This document shows positions 41,026 to 54,639 of a stretch of 64,000 nt of DNA, in pieces; position 1 is the first letter of the stretch, and each line of letters opens with the position of its first letter. The position numbers and the translations under genes are program-made. Under the pieces are notes generated by a model, which was given only the letters and a program-made list of their open reading frames with translations, made no database searches and was not told where the DNA came from. This DNA comes from the human T2T-CHM13v2.0 reference genome, Homo sapiens: NCBI RefSeq assembly GCF_009914755.1, contig NC_060931.1, one strand, 5' to 3'.

Positions 41026-43704
41026 TTTTTTCCATCAGCTCAGTGTATTAAATTGGTTTTCTAAGTTAAAGGTTCACAACTTCATTATCGTTACTATGCA
41101 GAATTGCACTTGGTCCTGAAATCTGTCTGAATTTCTGAATAATAGTTTCTTGTCCTCAACTTGTGTGGTCTCAGGTTTTAAAACAAACTAAGGTTGTTAC
41201 TGCCAATTTCTAACCACTGTTGCATTTGTAGTAATTGAGTGCCAGTGGTTGGAGGTTTAGAGAAGGTTTAAGATTAACTGATTCCAAAAATATCTGTGTG
41301 TGTGTTTGTGTGTGTTTCCATGTTGTCTGTGTGAATATGTTAGAATAGGAATAGCATATGTTTTGATTAGGCATTTTTCTTTGTTCAACATACACTTTGG
41401 AAAACCTAGAGAATTTCAGTGGGATTATAGTATATAATGACTATATTCTGATAAAATCGTGGAGTCTTAACATTTCGGGTAACAGATTATCTGCTATTTA
41501 CTGGTATGTTGATTCGTGGACAGATGCTTCTCTGTCTTCAGGTAGGCTCCCCAGGTACACTTTCTTGCAGTCCCTTCTACCAGGTAGACATGCAAGAATT
41601 AACAATAAATGCCACACATGTGTGTTTTCTCTTTTTTCTGCTTGTGAGAGGTGTTTAAACTTTGTGGAAATTTATTAGAAAAGATCCATTGTTTGGTAGT
41701 TCTGATAGCATCAACTCGCCCTTTATCTTTCATGATGCATTGAGACTTCCATTACTTTGTAGCGCCTGACTGCTAGAATTGTTCCCAGAGTTCAGGGGCT
41801 TCCAAATGACAATGGGCTGTACCGGGCTTTGTGGCCTTAATAAGCCCTCTGTTACTGGAATTTTAAATATTGGCATACCTATCAGAGTCTGGCCGTGTGT
41901 CAGGAGAATGTTGGCTTTAGAGCCACCACTGATGGATCACATGTTTTTTTCTCAAGAGAGCAAACAAGCACTTTTTGTTTAGGCTTACTAATGTTTGGCA
42001 AAGAAATATAGCTGTAATTATATATCCTCGTTCTTGTTACTCTCTCCCCATCTAAATTTTACTCTCCCTACCCCTAACTTTATATAAAAGCAACTAGGGT
42101 TGGATCTGAAATAAATGTCATGAATGAATAATAATTTCTTTCATTTACACAGTAATTCAACCTGTTGAATGCTGACTTAATGCTTTACTACACTCTAATT
42201 TGACTGGAAGATTTGGCCTTCGTGAATGCAAAGAAGAGGTAAAAAATAGAAATTAAATACCGACTGACTATGAAGGAGGACATTTTTCAGAAGGGTTCTC
42301 CCTCCTTCTATTTCTCATCTTCTTGTGTTTGCCCCCTGCTTTCTGTGATACTTAATACTTAGGAGTTGTTCCACAAATCATTCTTTACTTTGTGTGCCCA
42401 GCAGTATCCCAGCAGCAGGATTCTCCAGGGACAAGGCCTAGGTCTGCCACTGAGGGTAGTCTGCTTCCTTCATCAGAATTGCCGCTGCTGGCCTTCTGGA
42501 CCATTAGAGTTCTTTCTGGTTGTTATCCACTTTTCATTCCTTCTCAACCCATAGAATTCCAGGTGGTGAGTCAGTTTTTCTGTATGATCATGCTTGACAC
42601 CCCAAAATCTACCTGAAAGTTTGACAGATGCATGGAAGCCAGGAGCATTTTAGGAAGCTGTACTGCTCTTCTGAGATTTTCTGCCTACTTACTGTCTGAG
42701 CATTCAACCTGTCTCTCTCAAATTTTCTCTTTCTCTAAGGTGGGTCCAGTAATGCGAGTCGGCAGCCCACTTTGCTGTTCTTGGAAGCGAAGTACTTTCC
42801 AATAGAAGTCAGTTTTAATCTTCTTTCACCGTGAGGAATGAATGACCATTTTAATAAATAATTCATTCCTACAGTTCACTCCGTAAGGAGCTTCTAAGCT
42901 CCCTCCATGATGGTTTCTGATCCTGCCAGGGTACTGCTATTTTATCTGTCAAATGTGGGTTGTTAGAGGTACTGTGTCATAAGAGGCAGTGCAGTTCGGA
43001 ACCCTGGAACCCCCTTCATAAATTTGCAAAACACAGTGCATGGGGCCTGCTATGGCAAGGTATGCTACATGGAGCCTCAGCTGTCTGCTCCCTCTCTTCT
43101 GTCAGCACAGCTAGCAGTCAGAGACAAATGGCTAACCCTCTTTGAGTCTCTTGGAGTAAAGCCTGGTTGTGTTCTGCGTGGATTGCATCCTGTGCAGATT
43201 GTGGATAGCAAGGGCTTCCTTGCAGGCCTGTTGGGAGCATTGATTGAGATCATGGGTGTAGAAAGCCTGGACTATAGCCAGAGTCAATAATTATTAGTTC
43301 TTTATCTTGAGACAAAGGGAAGTGTTAAAATATTTTTATATCAAGGAATCTCCTACAAACACTGTCCTCCCCACTGCCCACTGCCAGTATTTACATGAAT
43401 TAATTTTCTCCTTATCTTCTTACTCTCGCCCACCCGCTTCCCTTTCCTTCCGTTCCAAAGTTATACTACACTTATTCAGGATAGAAATTTCCTTTATAAA
43501 AAGTTGTAAAAACTTCAAAGTGCCTGTTGTAGTATATATCTTTAATAAATACTCCCCTGCTATATTTGTTAAACTATAATTATGAGCATACATTTCATAA
43601 AAATAAAGCCCATTTACTCATAAACTGTATGTTTACATGAAAAAATACACATTTTATAACCCACTCCAGACCTACTAAATCTGGGCGTTAGAATCTCAAT
43701 CTTG

Positions 43705-43885
43705 GGTTTTCCAACCTGGCTCCTTTTTCGAAATAACCTGGAACACTTAAAAAAAAAAAAAAAAAAGCAAACTCCAGGCTCAATCCCAGATGATTTACAT
43801 CAGCATATTTTCAGGGTTGGCCCTGGGCATCATTTGTTTAAGCTTCTCTGGTGATTATAAATGTGCAGCCAGGGTTGAGATTTAA
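43705..43885. mobile_element. MER5-family (hAT-Charlie)
   Basis: ggttttccaacctggct...aacctgg...gcttctctggtgattataaatgtgcagccagggttgaga. Confidence 0.75.
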
Positions 43886-44255
43886 CGGTCTATCCTAAGT
43901 GCTTCTTAAGGTCTGAAACTATAACTATTAAGTGAGCTGGCTTAATTTATTTAATCTTTGCAGCAACCTTATGAGGCACAGCTGGCATTATCCCTATTTT
44001 CAGATGAGAAATTATAGAGGCTTGGAGAAGTGTGAGGTAATAATACCAAGAATGAGAGTTACTTGTTCTCCTATGTCTTATAATCAAATAGTATATATAG
44101 TATTAACATCTACTTGGGGATGCAATACCTTTTCACGTGATGGTCACAATCTATGTATTACACATTGGTTTTGGCATGAAATTAAACTGACCATCTCAAT
44201 ATGCCTTGGAACCAAGTGTTTGTGTGCTGAATCCTTTTGAAATATAGACACCTGG

Positions 44256-44654
44256 TGTGTTAGTCCATTTGTGTTCCTATAAACGAATACCTGAGACTGG
44301 GTAATTTATAAAGAAAGGAAGTTTATTTGGCTCACAGTTCTGCATGCTATACAAGCATAGCACCAGCATCTGCTTGCCTTCTCGTGAAGGCCTCAGGAAG
44401 TGTTTACTAATGGCAGAAGGGAAGGGGGATCCAATGTGTCAGAAGGAGCAAGAGAGATGCCAGGCTCTTTTAAACAACCAGCTCTCACGTGTGAACTCAC
44501 AGAGGGATAACTCACTCATTCCCCCTGGAGAACACCAAGCCATTCATGAAGGGCCCACCCCCATGGCCCAAACACCTCCCTATGCCCAGCTTCAACATTG
44601 GTTGTCATATTTCAACATGAGATTTGGAGAGGACAAAACATCCAAATCGTATTA
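44256..44654 (-). mobile_element. MSTB-like MaLR solo LTR
   Basis: tgtgttagtccatttgtgtt...aatacctgagactgggtaatttataaaga...ttcaacatgagatttggagaggacaaaacatccaaa; 5-bp TSD cctgg/cctgc. Confidence 0.9.
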
Positions 44655-45024
44655 CCTGCAGGTTGACATTATAAATTCATTTTGTTAAACTCAGTGGAAA
44701 TGAGAATCAGGTTGAAACTCGGGGTTTATTACTGACTTATAAACCCAGGTGTGCTTTGAATGCATTGGAAAGCAGGAGCAATTTAACATTCTGTGATTTT
44801 TAGAGGTTTGGCAGTGAAACCCTTTGGTATTTATTTAATAAATCCTGCCTTCACAGTCATGGATTCTTTTTGAATACACCCAATTTCTCCTGCTTCCCAA
44901 CTCTTTTTTCAAGTGACTTTGTTACCAGGTACCGTTGTTGCAGAGGAGTGATTTGATTATTCTTTCTCTGTAGAAATGGTGATGATGTGGGGCAAATCTA
45001 CCTCAAACTGTAAACTATACTCAC

Positions 45025-45150
45025 TTTTTCCACAGATGGGGTCTTGTTATGTTGCCTAGGCTAGACTTGAATTCCTGGACCCGGGTGACCCTCCTGCCTC
45101 AGCCTCCCAAGTAGCTGGGACTACAGGCACATGCCACCACACACCCAGCT
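45025..45150 (-). mobile_element. FLAM (Alu monomer)
   Basis: agatggggtcttgttatgttgcctaggct...cctcccaagtagctgggactacaggc. Confidence 0.85.
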
Positions 45151-45384
45151 ATATTCACATTAAAAAAAAAAAATCATCTGTAATTCTAAGAGCTCCCTGT
45201 GTGGAGCCTTCCAAGTGGCCCACCTGTGTGGGAAAGCTGCCCTGCAATATGGGCCCAAAAATTTTCCTTGGTTTTCATGTATCTGAGCAAGTTGCTTAAA
45301 GGTGCCTGGTTCTGTGTGTTTGAGATTATTTATTCCATTTTTACTAATAGTTTAGAGAACCATGATTGTGCATACATGCACCTG

Positions 45385-45790
45385 TTTGTTTAGTAAATAT
45401 TTATTGAGCTCCTAACATATGTCATGCATTGTTGTAAGTAGTATTGAAGTTACAGCATCCAAACCAAATAGACAAAATCTCTGCATTCGTGAAGCTTTAT
45501 TTAATGGGGAATATAGAAAAAAGTATAAACACATAAATCTTAAAAGTATTTTGGAAGGTGAGGGATACTATTTAGAAAAAGAAAACATGTAAAGAAGAAA
45601 TCCCCCTTACCATATTTGGGGAATGGTAAAATTTTTAATAAGGTGGTTAGGGTAGACCTCACTGAGAAGATGACGTTAAGCAAATGGTTGCTGGAGGTAA
45701 GGGTGTAAGCTATGTGGATGTCTAGGAAGAACACTGCAGACAGAAAGCACTGCCAGTGTCAAGTTCCTGGAGTGTTTGAGGCTTTAGCGA
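45385..45790 (-). mobile_element. L2 3' region
   Basis: aaatatttattgagctcct...agacaaaatctctgcattcgtgaagcttta...gtagacctcactgagaagatgac. Confidence 0.8.
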
Positions 45791-46439
45791 GGAGGTCTGA
45801 GTGCTATGTGATATGTTTACTACCTACCTATAAGAGTTTTATGGATTTGGAGAAGTTTTCTCTGCAATATGAATATATAGTCTCACAAATGAGGATAAAG
45901 TTTATAGCAAATTATCATGGATTTGATTATGTCATGGCACTTGAAGGAAAGAGAGGGTGGGCTGTGAAACTCCCTTAAAAATAACCCATTTTTGAACTCG
46001 ACATAAATTTTCAGGGTCCTATAATTTTCTTATCAGGAGTGTCTCACACTGATTGCTAGGTGTAGAAAAATGTATGTTGCCTGAATCTGAAGGCATGGAT
46101 TGTAGGCCTGGTTATACCACAGTTACTTGTGGGACTTTAGGAAACATGCTTCATCTGGTCCTGCTTCTGTTTCTGCTATCTTACAATGAAGATAATTTTC
46201 CCCCTACTTTTTAAACTTATTTGCAGTGAAGACTAGATAAAAAAGGATATGACTAACACATTAAATTCTGAAGTACCACATAAATATGACTTATTTTTGC
46301 AAAATTTAAGAGCACAGAATGTTGGTTATCAAAGAGTGTTTAAAATGACCTTTCTCTGTTTTTTGTAAGTGTTGTTTGAGAGCACAGTGATGACCACTTA
46401 ATTCCTTTCCTGGAGCAAGACATGTTTCTTGTGGGTTTG

Positions 46440-46982
46440 ATTTGTACATTATCACTGAAAAACTTCATCAGTGACAACAACAAAAAAGCCCAAAAGGAAC
46501 CTAATGAAAATAGTAGTGAAGTTTTACACATTACATAGTTACCCCCCTGCCACACACACACACAAAGAACGAAAAAAAGAAAAGAACTTGGTGAAATATG
46601 GTACTTTATATTTTAAAAGGCCTAAATCTTGCTTGTGGAAGTGGGCTTTAGAAAGTTTGCAGCTTTTGAGTTATGGAGAGGTGGTGGAAGATGGATTATC
46701 TGGAACTGGATGGAAAGTTGTTCTACCAGGAGTGGCTCATAATGCACTTGGCAAACCGAAGTAGCTGTGGTGGATGTTTGAGGTGTGTGCACATGTGCAT
46801 TTTGTGTATCCCTACACAGCTTAATTCGACTGGATGCAGTTTTCTGAATTCACCTGTTTCTTGCAGGTGAAAGTGCACACAAACATGCAAGATTCACATT
46901 GTGCTCAAAGTGTTCCTGCTATGTCAAGCACATTGAAACAAATTTATGTTTTCAAAGTAAGCTTTATAACAGAGCTGTCTGT
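46440..46982 (-). mobile_element. Tigger15a-like DNA transposon fossil
   Basis: Reverse of the recalled Tigger15a consensus (gcttgtggaagtggg; gatgtttgaggtgtgtgc; gcagttttctg; ttataacagagctgtctgta terminus). Confidence 0.75.
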
Positions 46983-47924
46983 ACAGGGGATGATTCAGTC
47001 CGATACAGTCAGGGAACCGTACATAGAATAGAATGACTAGAGTATAATCTGCAAAGGATGGAATGGCAGAAGTAGTCAGAAGAGGTATGCAATGGTTGGA
47101 TCAAAAAGAGCTTTGTATCCAGCGTCACAGGGCCTCAAATTGTACTGTAATCATATGTCTTTTACCTGTTCTCTGGCATTTAAATATTCTTGTAAAGAGC
47201 TAAGCCATTACTGATAAAATGTCTGTTGTGTACAGTTGTACAAATTAAATTCAGTCACAAAACTGAAAGAACAGCAGTGGGACATCTATCCTAGTGAAAG
47301 TTAGAATACACTTTTGTGGTCTTTAATAACAGAGTTGATTGTTTACCTTCTCCTTTGGTTAGAAGACTGGTATGGGGATTGTTTGGAATGAAGAGGTAGG
47401 AGAGAGAAATAATTCAATTCTGTATTCTCCCATCATCTTTATATTTGAACTGAGAAATGTGTGTTTCTATCATTCATTCAAATTATTAAACAAAAACAGA
47501 GATCAAAATAATAAGAACAGATGATTAAAGAGAGTCCCATCTGCCCCATATCCAACCTTTCTCTCTTCAACCTCATTTCTACTCAGATTAGCAGATGGCA
47601 CCAGTTTTGGGCCATGGTCTCTCATTTTCTGATTACAAGGGGTTGTTCTTTTGCCCGCCTCCTTTAAAACAACAACAGAAAAATTGGTAATGACTGACTG
47701 TATGCCCATTGGCCGGGGCACCAATTCCTGAGGACTAGACAGAAGCTTGGCATTCAACCCAGCCTTCTGCCAGGATGGTTCTGCCTGGCAGCAAAAAGCC
47801 TGGTTGAATTAAGCTTGGGCTTTTAGATCCTAGAAGTCTTGTCTATTGGTGGCTGGAAAAATAGCTAGTACTAGCAGAGCCTAAAAATATCAGAGAAAAA
47901 AAAGCAGAGGCTCTTAGAAGTTGC

Positions 47925-48225
47925 TTTTCCTTTTTGTTTCTTTCTCAGACAGAGTCTCATTCTGTTACCCAGGCTGGAGTGCAGAGGTGTGATCTCAGCT
48001 CACTGCAGCCTTGACCTCTAGGGCTTAAGTGATCTTTCCACTTTAGTCTCTCGAGTACCTGGGACTACAGGTGTGTGCCACCACGCCTATCTAATTTTTG
48101 TAGTTTTAGTAGAGATGGGGAATCATCATGTTGTCCAGGCTGGTCTCGAACACGTGAGCTCAAGCGATTCTCCCTCCTTGGCCTCCCAAAATGCTGGGAT
48201 TACAGGTGCGAGACACCACACGGCC
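47925..48225 (-). mobile_element. AluJ
   Basis: Dimeric antisense Alu. Confidence 0.92.
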
Positions 48226-48511
48226 AAGTTTTTTTCTGATAAAGACTATAAAGGGAAGGTAGGGAAAGGTGATTATTGCCAATGGTGGTTGGTATAGTGC
48301 TGAGTGATACAGAATGCAGGATTCATGAATTCTAATTTTGCATGTGACCTCTCTGTAAAGGAAAATGACCCTCTAACTAAATGGGAAAGTAAGGTTTCAC
48401 AGATGAGATAGAAGTTCAAGGTGAAAGAACAGTCTATAAGGTAATACCTGCCTGTCTGCAGAGAATGGATTCAAGGCTCCTGATGCAATTGAATTATAGC
48501 CTCATTGTCAT

Positions 48512-48812
48512 ATTTTTTTTTTTTTTTTTTTGAGACTGAGTTTCACTCTGCCACCAGGCTGGAATGCAGTGGCCTGATCTCTGTTCACTGCAACCTCTGC
48601 CTTCCAGGCTGAAGTGATTCTCCTGCCTCAGCCTCCTGAGTAGCTGGGATTACAAGCACGCACCACCACGCCTGGCTAATTTTTGTATTTCAAGTACAGA
48701 TGAGGTTTCACCGTATTGGTCAGGCTGGTCTCAAACTCCTGACCTCAGGTGATCTGCCTACCTTGGCCTCCCAAAGTGCTGAGATTACAGGCGTGAGCCA
48801 CCACACCCGGCC
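48512..48812 (-). mobile_element. AluS (Sx-like)
   Basis: acctcaggtgatc diagnostic; TSD tcattgtcat. Confidence 0.95.
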
Positions 48813-48929
48813 TTCATTGTCATCTTTGAGTTAAATGCATTTTGGCTTTAATAAAAACAATATGAGTAAATTCTGAACCTATAATTTGAGTCCCAATAGT
48901 ATTTCCTAACAAGTGATATAAGTAAACAC

Positions 48930-49560
48930 TGAGAAAAGAGTATAGTGCTTACAGAATGACAGCATGAATTCAGCAATTCCTGTTTAGCAAGAGGTCTGGG
49001 CCAATAACTTGGGGATGTCATAGACAGAATGCATTTGGCTTTCAGCAAAATTTTTGGTCTGCTCTCCCATAATCTCTTTGTGAACAAGTAGAAAAATATA
49101 GGCGGGGTGGCATTATGATTATCAGTATTCATAATTAATTTTATAACTTTTTCCAGTGGTGATTAAATTTTATTTCACTCTAGAGATGACTTTCTAAGAT
49201 TATCATAAATAATCTATCCTTGGCTCTATCTTATCCAGATTTTTGTCTTAGACTAGGATGAAGATACAATTTTAAATGGTACCAAAACTTCTTGGGTCAT
49301 AAATATGGTAGATGGGAGGAACAGGACACATATAGATTTTAACTCTTTTGGCAGTGGCGAAAATAAGATTTGCTAGGACTAAAAGTGTGATTATGTTTGA
49401 AAATCCAACTGTGAAAATAGAGAATTGATAGAGATGAGACTTACGATTTTTAGACGACACTTACAGTGAGTCAGCAGCATGTAGTTAGCTGGCAATAAAG
49501 CTAATGGTATTTTCAAGTACCTTATAAAATATGTTTTATGTACCGGACTGTACTTTGTAT
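48930..49560 (+). mobile_element. L3/CR1 reverse-transcriptase region fossil
   Basis: tagacagaatgcatttggctttcagcaaaatttttgg...cataatctctttgtgaacaag resembles CR1 'YLDFSKAFD..H..L..K'; gagtcagcagcatg...aaagctaatg is also CR1-like. Confidence 0.6.
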
Positions 49561-49920
49561 TTGGGGAAGAGGGGATAGAAACATTGAAGGTAAGATTTGC
49601 CCAGAGTCACAGATACTGTTAATGTTCACATTCTTCACATTTTATTTGTACATCACTCTTAGTCTTTAAAATCAAAATACCTAAATAGCTGTGAAAATTC
49701 AGTGGATTAAAAGCTACTTTGGGAAAGACAGTAAAACTTTATTCAAATAGGGATTTTCATATAATGTTAATTTTTTGAAAAATCAACAATTTTAAGAAAA
49801 AAATAGGATATATGAAAAACTAGATAGTTAAGTTGAAGTTTGAGCATCTTTCAAAGAGTAGGGAAGTTTACATATTGCATATTATACATTTAAAAATCAG
49901 TTCCAGACATATTTTTGTTC

Positions 49921-51307
49921 ATTCATATATATGAATATATTATATATGACTATATTATATATATTCATATATATTATATGAATATATTATATATGAATAT
50001 ATTATATATGAATATATTATATATGAATATATTATATATGAATATATTATATATGAATATATAATATATTATATATGTGAATATATATATTATATATGAA
50101 TATATTATATATGAATATATATAACATATGAATATATAATATGTATGAATATGTTATATATGAATATATTATATATGTGAATATATATAACATATGAATA
50201 TATATAATATATATGAATATGTTATATATGAATATGTTATATATGAATATATATAATATATATGAATATGTTATATATGAATATATATAATATATATGAA
50301 TATGTTATATATGTATATATAATATATATGAATATGTTATATATGTATATATAATATATATGAATATGTTATATATGTATATATAATATATATGAATATG
50401 TTATATATGTATATATAATATATATGAATATGTTATATATGAATGTGTTATATATGAGTATCTATAATATATATGAATGTGTTATATATGAATATATATA
50501 ATATATATGAATGTGTTATATATGAATATATATAATATATATGAATGTGTTATATATGAATATATATAATATATATGAATGTGTTATATATGAATATATA
50601 TAATATATATGAATGTGTTATATATGAATATATATAATATATGAATGTGTTATATATGAATATATAATATATGAATGTGTTATATATGAATATATATATA
50701 ATATATGAATGTGTTATATATGAATATATATATTATATATGAATGTGTTATATATGAATATATATATTATATATGAATGTGTTATATATGAATATATATA
50801 TTATATATGAATGTGTTATATATGAATATATATATTATATATGAATGTGTTATATATGAATATATATATTATATATGAATGTGTTATATATGAATATATA
50901 TATTATATATGAATGTGTTATATGTGAATATATATATTATATATGAATGTGTTATATGTGAATATATATAATATATATGAATGTGTTATATGTGAATATA
51001 TATAATATATATGAATGTGTTATATGTGAATATATATAATATGAATGTGTTATATGTGAATATATATTATATATATGAATGTGTTATATGTGAATATATA
51101 TTATATATATGAATGTGTTATATGTGAATATATTATATATATGAATGTGTTATATATGAATATATTATATGTGACTATATATTATATATATAATATATAT
51201 ATGAATATATATTCATATATATATTATGTATGAATATATATTCATATATATATTATATATATGAATATATATGTGAATATATAATATATTATATATATAT
51301 ATATATA
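49921..51307. repeat. ~1.4-kb AT-rich minisatellite/VNTR (units ~15 bp and ~30-34 bp)
   Basis: Tandem gaatatattatatat, then gaatgtgttatatatgaatatatataatatatat variants. Confidence 0.97.
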
Positions 51308-51589
51308 ATGCCATAAGCCATAGAGATTCAGAACTAATAAAAGGCAAGTTGCTTGCTCATTAAAAGCTAATAAACTAGAAGGAACTACAAAAAGTTTTAA
51401 GGTTAAGGGATGCAAAATTGATTAGCAAAGGCAGATCAGAAAGAGTTTCTGACTCATGCTTCATTGGTGAGAACAGCAAGGAAGAACTGGGAATGAGAAT
51501 CATTGAGTTTTGGCCGACTTAGAGGCAGAGTGTTTTAAAACTGCTTTTTGGGGCCGGGTGCAGTAGTTCATGAGCTGGGGGAAAAAAAA

Positions 51590-51988
<399 letters not shown>

Positions 51989-52199
51989 CTTTGAAATATT
52001 TTTTTTTTAAGATTACACAGCTAAATGGAATTCTCTAGGAAGCACATCCAGCTGCTGAACCTGTGATATTTTTTTCTTATGGAACGTTGATTGAACAGCT
52101 TCCATGGGTGACCTGGTTTGGATTTCCGTAGGGCCTTGCTTATAATGCTGAATACACTGTTAGTTTTTACTTTTGTGTCACAAAAGTAAAGGTTCATAG

Positions 52200-52620
52200 T
52201 TAGATCTAAGCCCCTTGGGGGACAGGAACTGTGTTCTATTCATACTTTGAATTGCTAGTGTCTGGCATGTAGTAGTGATTAATATATTTTTTAAAATGAA
52301 TGTCAAGTATTATGACAGGCACTGGTACAGAAAGATCAAGAAGAAATGACCTCTTCCCTTGTGAGAGGCTCACTATTGTGATAGACCAACCTCTGAACAG
52401 AGGAATTACCATCTAGGGGGCTGTTATAACAGGCATGTGCTGTTCGAGTTCAGGGGAAAGATGCACTTGCTCAAAGAGGGAAGTTTGGGAGGTGTACGGG
52501 AAGGAGGAACCCACCTGGATCTTAAAGGCTGAGCTGGCTGCTGAAGAAGAGAGGGGCACTTGGGCCTGGTCACCAGCTGTGCAAAATCAACAAGGGCAAG
52601 GAAGTGGCTGATGAAGCCTG
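52200..52620. mobile_element. L2 fragments in both orientations
   Basis: agccccttgggggacaggaactgtg...gtgtctggcatgtagtag (+), followed by antisense L2 motifs. Confidence 0.5.
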
Positions 52621-54399
52621 AAACAGGGAGATTCCCAAATGTGATCTGTGACCTCAAAATTGAAAATTTTAGTTAGTGTAATTTTAGTATATTTTATGTG
52701 CATGTTCCAAAGTTTTTTGAAAATTGGTTTTATATGTTTAGCATATGGGGCAATTCTAAATTAGTATATTTGATTAACGTTGTATGCTAGTCCTTTGAAA
52801 TTCTGCAGTTGGATTGTGTATATATTGTGTATAATGTTACCTCTTTTCCGACTTCATGAACCTAACATTTAAAGTGGAAACAAATGCACGCATGTGTTAG
52901 TGTTTAGTGCAGCAAGAAAGCACGGCCCACCACTTCCAAGAAGTGAGTCGTTGCATAGGGTGCCCCGTCCTCAGAACATTGCTCATTGTTCATTTTTTAT
53001 TCCTCAGCTCCTTAGTTCTACTCAAAGTCTAATATTAGTTTAACTACCAAATGGCAGAAACCAGAGTACGTTGTACATTTTTCTTGAAGGATACAACTGG
53101 AAAAAATTTTGCAGAGGCTCATGTGATGCTATTTTCCTTCCGTGGTGACACTTAGAATTCGTTTCACATTGCCTTTGAGAGAAACGAGGAGGGGGGAGAA
53201 GCCTGTATTTGATAGTTTTGTATGTTCCTCTAAAGAAAGAGAGTGCTTGAAAAAAGAAAGGCAGGCTTTCAGATGTTGTCTGAACAAAGCTACGGAAATG
53301 TGAGACGAGAGCAGCATCTGGAGATTTTCAAACACTGGAACATGGGCTGCACGTTTCTTTTGCTGTTGGAGGAGTGAAAAGCTGTTTCCTGTCATTTCCC
53401 ATCTTGTCACTTCCAGAACCAACATCTTGCTACTTCTTGCACCAGCTGCTGCTGCTGTTGTTTTTTTTACCCCCTCCACAGACAGATGGTAAAAGAGCTT
53501 TGATAATCCTCGCCCAACTTCCCCAGTTCTAAAGAAGTTTGCGGTGTGGTACCTTTATACAATGATCACATGCCCTGATACCTACTGTAGCCTGTTAATA
53601 GAGTTGGGAACAGAGCAGAAGGATGTGCTGCAGACTTTTAATGTCTATGGCATTCTTTGTCATGTCTCATGGGAAATGCTGTGCACAAGCCCCATCTCTG
53701 TGGATGCTTCGATTTAGCTTCTGAGGTTATATTTAGAAAAGAGGAAGTTGTGGGGAGTACCTTTGCTTCCATAAGAATTTGAGATTTCTGATCAAGATTT
53801 CTCTGTACATTGAATCCAGGATGGGAGTTGCTCTTGATATTCTTGTTCGTATCCCTAGGTTTTCGCAAAGCAGAATTAGGCATATTGGATATACCATCTT
53901 TTCACAGGGCTGTTTATCCTTAATTACTTTTTTTACACCTATTTCTTCCAATATTTTTCTTGCATTACCTAGTGCAAACAGGAACTTAGAAGTTAATGCA
54001 GAAAATGCCGTATGCATAGGAAAGATATTTGATGCAGACAACCTTGGTTTTGTTTTAAGTTTTATTACCTTTATTATTACAAACTAAAAATGATAACCTC
54101 AATGAGGGAGCTTAGCCTTTCTGTCCCCCCCTAAATCATGGTTGCTTTCCTAAGTATAAAAGTAACATACTCATTGTAGAAAACTTTGAAAGTAGAAAAT
54201 CTATTACAGAAAATACAAAGTCATCCATAATTCCTTAATAACCACTCTTACATTTGGTATATTTCCTTGTAGCTTTTTTTTAGAGTTATGTGTGCCTGTA
54301 TTTCTCTTGTATACTTATAAACTTACATTAATATTGTGGCCATTTTCCAGAATGGATCTGGTGGTAGTAGTAGTGGTGATGATAATGGCATAACCTAAA

Positions 54400-54625
54400 A
54401 TTTATTGAACATTTATTATGTGATAGTCACTATGGTACGTGCTTTACATATATTACACATTTCATTTCTCACATCAGTTCTATAAAGTAAGGATTATTTA
54501 TTTTTATTTTAGACATGAGAAAAGTGAGGCTGAGAAACATCAAGTAATTTTCCCAAGGTCACACAGTGCGCAATAGGTGAAGCTGGGATTTGAACCCAGA
54601 TAGTCTGTCTTCAAAGCTCATGCTG
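54400..54625 (-). mobile_element. MIR
   Basis: tttattgaacatttattatgtg...ttttagacatgagaaaagtgaggc...cccaaggtcacacag...gggatttgaacccag. Confidence 0.85.
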
Positions 54626-54639
54626 TTTGTCATTTGCTC

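Noticed and set aside
49921-51307. Repeat array considered as CRISPR-like
   Set aside because: No unique spacers, eukaryotic context and no cas genes; it is a simple VNTR
51552-51575. Alu 5' stub (ggccgggtgcagtagttcat)
   Set aside because: Too short to interpret; probably a deletion remnant
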